Positions 57,243-64,000 of a stretch of DNA of 64,000 nt are shown one piece after another. Both the position numbers and the translations under genes were made by a program. How positions within the stretch are numbered: the stretch's first letter is position 1; each line of letters opens with the position of its first letter. Under the pieces are notes generated by a model, which saw only the letters and a list, made by a program, of their open reading frames with translations, was not told where the DNA came from and did not search any database. Source of the DNA: Syntrophales bacterium (GTDB taxonomy: Bacteria > Desulfobacterota > Syntrophia > Syntrophales > UBA2210); assembly GCA_963666365.2 (NCBI GenBank), contig CAXXNF010000002.1, positions 704,001-768,000 on the forward strand. Reading direction: 5' to 3'.

Positions 57243-57839
57243 CTACTTTGACAGAGATGATCTTTTTTCGATCACTTGATCGATTATACCATACTCCAGC
57301 GCTTCGCCGCTTGACATATAAAAGTCTCTGTCAGAATCTTTTTCTATTTTTTCCACCGGCTGTCCCGTGTGCATCGCCAATATATTGTTCAGATCCTGTT
57401 TAAGTCGTAATATTTCCTTTGCATGAATACCTATATCGGATGCCTGTCCCTGAAACCCTCCCAGAGGTTGATGAATCACAATTCGCGAATTGGGCAGGGC
57501 GTAACGCTTTCCATTCTCTCCGGCGGCAAGCAGGATGGCGCCCATACTGGCCGCTTGTCCCATGCAGACCGTGGAAACTGACGGCTTTATGTACTGTATC
57601 GTGTCGTATATCGCCAAACCCGCACTTACTACGCCACCCGGTGAATTCAGATAGAAGAATATATCTTTGTCGGGATTTTCCGATTCCAGGTACAGCAGCT
57701 GCGCGATGATAAGGTTGGCGACGTTGTCATCAAGGGCAGAACCGAGAAATACAATGCGCTCTCTCAGCAGTCGCGAATAGATGTCGAAGGCGCGCTCACC
57801 CCTGCCGTCCTGTTCTATGACCATGGGGATCAGATTCAT
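57243..57839 (-). CDS. clpP: ATP-dependent Clp protease proteolytic subunit
   Basis: DIYSRLL, NSPGG, GQAASMG, HQP. Confidence 0.98.
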   Translation of the reverse strand: MNLIPMVIEQDGRGERAFDIYSRLLRERIVFLGSALDDNVANLIIAQLLYLESENPDKDIFFYLNSPGGVVSAGLAIYDTIQYIKPSVSTVCMGQAASMGAILLAAGENGKRYALPNSRIVIHQPLGGFQGQASDIGIHAKEILRLKQDLNNILAMHTGQPVEKIEKDSDRDFYMSSGEALEYGIIDQVIEKRSSLSK

Positions 57840-59170
57840 GCAGTCTGCCCCTCTTTTGCGTTCACTTCTTTTTTCTTCATCGTAATGGATGCCTTTTCAA
57901 TCAGGTACTCAATCGTCTTGTCTTCCTGCAGTTCTTCCCGGAGACGTTCTTTCATGTTATTCTTGTCATAGGCTTCGTTTAGCGACTCGTAATCCTGACC
58001 GTAGAGTCCCGCGATGCTCCGCATACGTTCCTCAATGTCCTTATCTTCTACTTTTATCAATTCCTTCTCTGCGATCTTCGCTAAAAGAAGCGACGACTTG
58101 ACAAGCCGTTCCGCCGGCTCCCTGAATCCTTCGTGGAGATTCATACTGACTTCCATCGCCTTTTCCGGCGACATTCCGTTTGAAACCATTCGTTTCTGCG
58201 TATCGAGCATCATGTAGTAAATCTGCTGCTGCACCCATACTGAGGGGACTTCAAATTCATTGTGCGCAAGAAGCGCATCTATAATCCGTTTTTTCAGCTC
58301 CGACTCGATTTTGGCATTTGTTTCGTCTGCGAGCGATTGTTGTACCGCCGTCTTCAAATCTTCGATTGTTTCATACTGCTCGAAGTTTTTAATGAACTCG
58401 TCGTCCAGTTCGGGAAGCTTCTTCTCTCGAATATTCTTAACGACGACTCTGAATGATCCTTCCTTACCCGCCAGGTCGGCAGGCTGATAGTCTTCCGGAA
58501 ATGTAATCTCGACGACCTTTTCTTCGCCCTTTTTGAGGCCCTTCAGCTTTTCTTCAAAATCGGCAACAAATTTTCCTGCTCCGATCTGAAGCGTATAGTT
58601 ATCGGTCGTCAATTCCTCTCTCAGCGTTCCATCGACGGTTACCTCAAAATCGACAACCACGAAATCGTCTTCTCGCGCCGCTCTCTCATCTGCCACATCT
58701 TCGAGCGTTGCATACATTTCTCTCATCTGCTGGAGGCGGTCGTTTACTTCCTGTTCCGTCGTTTCAATTTCGTCTTTTATCACCTCGAGACCCAGGTAGT
58801 CTTTCGGCTCGAATTCAGGTCTTGTTTCAACCGTTGCAGTAAAGGAAAAAGGTTTATCCTTTTCAATTCCTTTCTGATCGATTTCAGGCTGGGCAACGGC
58901 AAAGATATCATTGGCGGTAATGGCATCGGCGTATCGTTTTGAGACGAGATTCTGAACCGCTTCATCCTCGGCATCCTTCTTGTAGTGCATTTCCAGCACA
59001 TTTCGAGGAACCTTGCCCGGTCTGAACCCCCTCACCTTCACTTTTTTGCTGAACATTCCATATGTTGCATCCAGTTCTCTTTTTACTTCAGTCCATGGCA
59101 CTTCGAAGGACAACTTTTTCTTCACCGGACTGAGATCTTCGATCATGACTTCCGCAGATGTTTCTCCCAC
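57836..59170 (-). CDS. tig: Trigger factor
   Basis: [12 protein letters not shown] domain FPEDY; tig-clpP-clpX-lon synteny. Confidence 0.97.
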   Translation of the reverse strand: MGETSAEVMIEDLSPVKKKLSFEVPWTEVKRELDATYGMFSKKVKVRGFRPGKVPRNVLEMHYKKDAEDEAVQNLVSKRYADAITANDIFAVAQPEIDQKGIEKDKPFSFTATVETRPEFEPKDYLGLEVIKDEIETTEQEVNDRLQQMREMYATLEDVADERAAREDDFVVVDFEVTVDGTLREELTTDNYTLQIGAGKFVADFEEKLKGLKKGEEKVVEITFPEDYQPADLAGKEGSFRVVVKNIREKKLPELDDEFIKNFEQYETIEDLKTAVQQSLADETNAKIESELKKRIIDALLAHNEFEVPSVWVQQQIYYMMLDTQKRMVSNGMSPEKAMEVSMNLHEGFREPAERLVKSSLLLAKIAEKELIKVEDKDIEERMRSIAGLYGQDYESLNEAYDKNNMKERLREELQEDKTIEYLIEKASITMKKKEVNAKEGQTA

Positions 59171-59198
59171 AAAACGACTCCTTAAGTGTAATGGCGAA

Positions 59199-59285
59199 TG
59201 GTGCGAGAGAGGGGAGTTGAACCCCTATCCGCATAAGCGGGCTGGATCCTAAGTCCAGTGCGTCTTCCAGTTCCGCCACTCTCGC
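59199..59285 (-). tRNA. tRNA-Leu (TAG)
   Basis: Reverse complement GCGAGAG...CTGGA-CT-TAG-GA-TCCAG, long variable arm, GGTTCAACTCC...CCA. Confidence 0.96.
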
Positions 59286-59568
59286 ATACGCGTAGTTTAT
59301 ATATAGTAACTCCCCCTTCAATTGTCAACAGCCAATACCCCGTCAGTTTTACTTTCTATATACTTGAAATTAATTGAATTAATTGTCAGGCGGATCACAC
59401 TGTCACCATGACAATCCCTTAGAAATGATGTTACCGAGTACGGAAGATTGCGTTTCCTTTACAGGAATTACATTATTAAACTGTTGATAATTCATTACTA
59501 TTTGCATTGCTTGGAGTGGCAGGTATAAACAATCCCGGCAGAAATTGCAAGAAAAATTCCTGATGTTT

Positions 59569-59645
59569 AGGGTACAGTATACTAAATTTGCTTCGCGTCT
59601 TATGAAGGTTGAAGCGGAATTTATGGAATTAAGTGTACTGTCCCT
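59569..59645. repeat. Imperfect inverted repeat, REP/REPIN-like
   Basis: AGGGTACAGTATACTAAATT ... AATTAAGTGTACTGTCCCT. Confidence 0.55.
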
Positions 59646-59699
59646 GAGATATCAAAAATTTTTCTTGACTACCCGATTAAAATATAGTTGTATCTAAAT

Positions 59700-59722
59700 T
59701 ATAGTTTCTATTTGATACTATA
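59700..59722. promoter_or_regulatory. Palindromic operator candidate for the HxlR-family regulator
   Basis: TATAGTTTC-TATTT-GATACTATA immediately upstream of the RBS. Confidence 0.5.
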
Positions 59723-59734
59723 ATATAGAAAGGA

Positions 59735-60409
59735 GTGGCTATGACAACAAGGTATTCGCATTTTTGCCCGGCGGCTCGGACGCTGGAAAAAATCGGCGAC
59801 AAGTGGTCTTTGCTGATTGTTCGCGATCTGCTGGAAGGACCGCAGCGTTTTACCGACCTTCTCGCCTATTTGAACAATATCACCCCGAAGTGGTTGACGT
59901 TGCGCCTGCGAGAGCTCGAAGCCGCCGGTATTGTCGCACGCGATCGTCAGTTCGGCCGGCGCGAAGTCTGGTATCGGCTTACATCTGCGGGCATGGATTT
60001 ACGTCCCGTGGTAGAAGCCTTGATCTCGTGGGGTGAGCGCTATGCCATGCGCCCGCCATTGCCGGGCGAAGCAGTTAATGGCGAAAGGCTGATAAAAGGA
60101 TTGGCAAAATCGCTTAACAAACGGCACAAGCGATTACTCCATCAGGCCATTGTTTCGATACAATTTCCCCAAGGCGCCTATCTTCTTTCCTTCACCAACG
60201 ATGAATGGACAGGTGCACCGGGGGAAGCATCCGACGCCGATATCACCATTAGCACAACACCGGAAGCCATGGCCACCTTCATCACCGTACCCCGTGCCGA
60301 ACGTAAGGAAATATTTGAATCCATGCGGGTGACAGGACTAACGGAAAGGATTAAGGAGTTTACGGGGATTTTCGGTGTCCCTGAGACTGAAGGGAAAACA
60401 AATCCATAA
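59735..60409 (+). CDS. HxlR (wHTH) family regulator with SCP2-like C-terminal domain
   Basis: YSHFCPAARTLEKIGDKWSLLIVRDL, LTLRLRELE, YRLT. Confidence 0.9.
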   Translation: MAMTTRYSHFCPAARTLEKIGDKWSLLIVRDLLEGPQRFTDLLAYLNNITPKWLTLRLRELEAAGIVARDRQFGRREVWYRLTSAGMDLRPVVEALISWGERYAMRPPLPGEAVNGERLIKGLAKSLNKRHKRLLHQAIVSIQFPQGAYLLSFTNDEWTGAPGEASDADITISTTPEAMATFITVPRAERKEIFESMRVTGLTERIKEFTGIFGVPETEGKTNP

Positions 60410-60433
60410 ATAAATTCGAAGGAACGGGTTACA

Positions 60434-61549
60434 ATGAATAAACTATTCGAGAACAGCAATATCAACAACATGGTATTACCGAACCGTTTTGTGAGATCGG
60501 CGACCTGGGAAGGAATGGCCGCCGATGACGGCGCCGTGACCCCAAAATTGATTGCGACCATGGCCGATCTGGCCAAGGGCGGTGTGGGATTGATCATCAG
60601 CTCACATGCCTATATCAGCCCGGAAGGGCAAGCGGGTCCCTGGCAGTTGGGCATCTATAAAGATGAGTTGATGGATGGTTTAGGGCAAATGACCGCCGCT
60701 GTCCATGCCGCTGGCGGTAAGATCGTGGCCCAATTGTCTCATGCTGGCCAGGCGGCAGCCGCATCCCTCAGCAGACGACTCCCACTAGTGGTTTCCGATT
60801 TTGAAGGGCTCATGGATTCACCGCGGCAGGAAATGACGGTACCGGATATAGAACATATCGTAACGGCTTTTGCCGATGCGGCGCGGAGAGCAAAGTTATC
60901 GGGATTCGACGGTATTCAACTCCATGCAGCCCATGGCTACCTTCTCAATCAATTCCTTTCTCCCGCCTATAATGAGCGTCAGGACAGATACGGCGGCAGT
61001 ATTGAGAATCGCGTGCGAATCATACTCGACGTGCTTCGTGCGGTCCGGGAAACCGTAGGTCGGGATTTCCCCGTCTTGATCAAACTGAACAGCCAAGATT
61101 TTATCGAAAATGGATTAACACTCGAGGATTCGATAACCGCAGCTGAACTCTTAGCCGCTGCCGGTATTGATGCCATCGAGTTGAGCGGCGGCATGGTTGG
61201 AAGCCGGAAATTGATGCCCAGCCGTACGGGTATCAATTCAGAAGAAACCGAAGCTTATTTCAGGGAAGAGGCACGGATTTTCAAGAAACAGATTTCTGTA
61301 CCTCTGATCCTGGTGGGTGGCCTGCGTTCTCTGGAAGTGGCCGAGAATCTCATGGAAGAAGGTATTGCCGATTATATTTCAATGTGCCGGCCCTTCATCC
61401 GAGAACCGGGCCTGATCAACCGCTGGAACGCCGGTGACCGAAGGAAGTCGACATGTCTGTCAGATAATCAGTGCTTTAAGCCCGGGATTGAAGGCAAAGG
61501 CATATACTGTATCGTCGAGGAACGTGAAAACGCAAAGAAGGGAAAGTAA
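60434..61549 (+). CDS. NADH:flavin oxidoreductase (Old Yellow Enzyme family)
   Basis: NRFVRSAT, GFDGIQLHAAHGYL, CRPFIREP. Confidence 0.93.
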   Translation: MNKLFENSNINNMVLPNRFVRSATWEGMAADDGAVTPKLIATMADLAKGGVGLIISSHAYISPEGQAGPWQLGIYKDELMDGLGQMTAAVHAAGGKIVAQLSHAGQAAAASLSRRLPLVVSDFEGLMDSPRQEMTVPDIEHIVTAFADAARRAKLSGFDGIQLHAAHGYLLNQFLSPAYNERQDRYGGSIENRVRIILDVLRAVRETVGRDFPVLIKLNSQDFIENGLTLEDSITAAELLAAAGIDAIELSGGMVGSRKLMPSRTGINSEETEAYFREEARIFKKQISVPLILVGGLRSLEVAENLMEEGIADYISMCRPFIREPGLINRWNAGDRRKSTCLSDNQCFKPGIEGKGIYCIVEERENAKKGK

Positions 61550-61551
61550 AA

Positions 61552-61617
61552 ATGAGTGATGAAGCATACATGAGACTTTGCAAAGAGATGACCCGCCGGG
61601 GCGCACAGGTTTTATAA
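61552..61617 (+). pseudogene. Probable truncated gene remnant (21 aa), resembling the N-terminus of deltaproteobacterial 4Fe-4S proteins
   Basis: MSDEAYMRLCKEMTRRGAQVL*, starting 2 nt after the OYE stop. Confidence 0.4.
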
Positions 61618-61665
61618 AATATTACAAATAAGTTGCACATGGTGCAGAAGGAAAGTTGACATTGC

Positions 61666-63054
61666 ATGGAAATAACGTCTGCAATAAATATCACTGAAAA
61701 GATCCCCCCCACAATCGACCGACGCACCCTCGCTTTGCTGCATGGGTCGATTTTTCCCGTTTTGAGTCGCATGGCCGCACCTAATATTTTTCTCGCGTTC
61801 ATGTGGGGGCTGGTCAGTTTTGCGGAAATATGGTTCGTCGGCAGGAACGGAACACCCGCTCTGGCCGGAATTGCGCTGGTCTTCCCTTTGATTATGCTGA
61901 TGCAGATGTTATCGGGGGGAGCGATGGGTGGAGCGGTTTCCTCTTCGATCTCACGTGCGCTGGGCGGCGGAAACACACGGAAGGCGGAGCTCCTTGCTGT
62001 CCATGCTGTTGTGATCGCCCTCGCCTTCGGGCTGATCTTTACCATCGGGATGATCGTGGGAGGACCGGGACTCTACAGTATGCTCGGCGGCAAGGGGGAG
62101 GCGCTGTCCCAGGCGGTGGTCTATTCTCAGGTCATTTTCGGCGGTATCATCGTGATTTGGATATGCAACACCCTGGCGAGCATTATGCGAGGAACGGGTG
62201 ACATGTTCGTCCCCGCGGCAACCCTGAGCGTGACCTCCCTGCTGCATATCCCGCTGTGCGGTTCACTCGTTCTGGGATGGGGCCCTTTTCCGGAAATGGG
62301 CCTCGCGGGCGCAGGGATCTCGTATATCCTCACGTTCGGTGCAGCAACTTTTTTTTTCGCGTTCTGGCTTCTAGCCGGCCATAGCGGTCTTCGAATCCAT
62401 TGGCGCGAGATGAAACTAAGCACTTCCCTTTTCGGGGATATCCTTGGCGTCGGACTGCTTTCATCAGTCAATACACTACAGACTGTTGCGGCTGCCGTCA
62501 TCCTGACGGGTCTGGTCGGGTCATTCGGAACCGCTGCACTGGCCGGCTACGGACTTGGAGTTCGTCTGGAAATGCTGCAAATACCGATCGTCTTTGCGCT
62601 CGGCTCCTCCCTCATCCCCATCGTCGGCGTCAGCATAGGCGCTGGAGCCATACAACGCGCAAAGAAGGTTGCCTGGATCGGAGCAGGATTTGCGGCCTTT
62701 CTGACCGGGGCGGTGGGGATCACCGTCGCGATCCGGCCCGGAATCTGGGCAGGGCTGTTCAGCAGTGATCCTGCCGTGCTTGAAGCGGCATTCAGCTACC
62801 TCCACATTGTCGGTCCATTCTATATATTCCTCGGAATCGGGATTGCCCTTTATTTTGCCTCTCAGGGTGCAAGAAGAATGTTTTTCCCTATGCTTGCCGG
62901 TACGGCCCGCTTCTTGATCGCGGTTTGCGGAGGGTTCGGGATTGTTTATTTTTTCGATGGGAAGGCCGGTTCATTATTCGTTTTCATCAGTTTGAGCATG
63001 TTGGCTCTGGGAATAGTCAATGCTGCAGCAGTCAAATGGACTGATTGGCACTGA
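61666..63054 (+). CDS. MATE family efflux transporter
   Basis: Multiple TM helices; RGTGD, GPFPEMGLAGAG, GSFGTAALAGYG. Confidence 0.92.
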   Translation: MEITSAINITEKIPPTIDRRTLALLHGSIFPVLSRMAAPNIFLAFMWGLVSFAEIWFVGRNGTPALAGIALVFPLIMLMQMLSGGAMGGAVSSSISRALGGGNTRKAELLAVHAVVIALAFGLIFTIGMIVGGPGLYSMLGGKGEALSQAVVYSQVIFGGIIVIWICNTLASIMRGTGDMFVPAATLSVTSLLHIPLCGSLVLGWGPFPEMGLAGAGISYILTFGAATFFFAFWLLAGHSGLRIHWREMKLSTSLFGDILGVGLLSSVNTLQTVAAAVILTGLVGSFGTAALAGYGLGVRLEMLQIPIVFALGSSLIPIVGVSIGAGAIQRAKKVAWIGAGFAAFLTGAVGITVAIRPGIWAGLFSSDPAVLEAAFSYLHIVGPFYIFLGIGIALYFASQGARRMFFPMLAGTARFLIAVCGGFGIVYFFDGKAGSLFVFISLSMLALGIVNAAAVKWTDWH

Positions 63055-63111
63055 TAGTGTTTGTTGATTTTTGGCAGATCTCCCCGGGGCATGAACCATC
63101 ATACAAAATAA

Positions 63112-63716
63112 ATGGAGGAAGACATGGATTTGAAAAATGCAAACGTGACTTTGGATACGTACATAAGGCCGCAGACTTTTCCTATTGCGATTAAACTTTT
63201 CACAGCCGATGAAACGCTTCCGGACAGGGTTAGAATTCCTGTCAAGGATTTATGGATAAGCCTCCCCAGGGAGCCTCAGGTGATGCTGAAAGTAGAAATG
63301 AACCTGGCAAATACGCCTATATGGTTTCAGCACCTATCGACAGGACCGATTTCGAGCCGGATATGATCTGTGTGTACGTTAACTCTGCGCAAGCCATGCG
63401 ACTGGCTCATGCGGCTGCTATGGGAGGGGGAGGTATAGCGCCAACGTTAGCGACTGGCATGGGCAGCTGCGGTGATATTGTGGCACGAACACACAAAACA
63501 GATATGACCCATTTTATCCTCCCCTCAGGTGGAACCAGAAATTTCGCGACCACTCAGGATGATGAACTCATCTTCACCATTCCGAAAAGTAAAATCGACC
63601 TTATGATGAAAGCACTGGCTGATACACATGTGGCCGGCTTCCGCTACCCCGTCCTGATGGATGTGCGTCACCGTCCAAACCTTCCGCCCTTTCTCGAAAT
63701 TCCGAAAGATGTTTAA
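63112..63716 (+). pseudogene. DUF169 family protein split by an internal deletion/frameshift
   Basis: Frame 1 YIRPQTFPIAIK...VKDL; frame 2 FEPD...NSAQAMRL...GSCGD...TQDDELIF. Confidence 0.75.
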
Positions 63717-63850
63717 CTGTGGAAGGAAACATATGTTTTTGGAAGAAAACGACTTGGAATAGAATTCAGAATCCATGGCATCGAAGTGAATTAAAGCTGA
63801 ATGAAGTATTGTTTCATAGAACCCATTGAGTAAGTGAAGGAGGAATAATA

Positions 63851-64000
63851 ATGAAAGTCGTCGGTTTTGTGGGAAGTCCGAGAAAGAAAGGAAATACAAC
63901 CAGCATCGTGAATGAGGTTTTACGTGGTGCGGCCGAGGCCGGTGCGGAGACGAAAATATTCAATATTAACGAGCTGGGCATCCGGGGATGCCAGGCCTGT
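63851..64000 (+). CDS. Flavodoxin family / iron-sulfur flavoprotein (partial, runs off the window)
   Basis: [16 protein letters not shown]...IRGCQAC; AGGAGG RBS. Confidence 0.88.
   Translation, partial: MKVVGFVGSPRKKGNTTSIVNEVLRGAAEAGAETKIFNINELGIRGCQAC

Overview
Chromosomal window from an anaerobic deltaproteobacterium, probably Syntrophales/Desulfobacterota-like (inferred from gene content). Core blocks are sppA-rpsA-cmk, an M48 protease-pepA-oppDF run, tRNA-Arg/Lys, HU, tRNA-Asp/Val and tRNA-Leu-tig-clpP-clpX-lon. Accessory region 1 (~9.1-25.6 kb, after tRNA-Lys) is a patchwork of stand-alone genes: lipoproteins, a serine hydrolase, dodecin, USP, a FecCD-type ABC transporter, desulfoferrodoxin and several odd domain fusions. 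Accessory region 2 (~25.7-53.2 kb) is an acyl-CoA/anaerobic catabolism region. It holds a sigma54-controlled glycyl-radical enzyme (GRE) with an atypical GCVY Cys loop and its activase, a decayed paralogous regulator/ligase locus, a gamma-beta-carboxyltransferase ion-pumping decarboxylase operon, acyl-CoA ligases, a Liv-type ABC transporter and a CoA transferase. The best candidates for undescribed biology are (1) the GCVY GRE locus and (2) the decarboxylase beta subunit, which has an Asp->Glu change in the GGADGPT motif and an inserted lysine-less biotinyl-like domain, with no biotin-carrier gene in the window. No CRISPR, rRNA, integrase or transposase was seen. All assignments come from reading motifs by eye; no searches were run.
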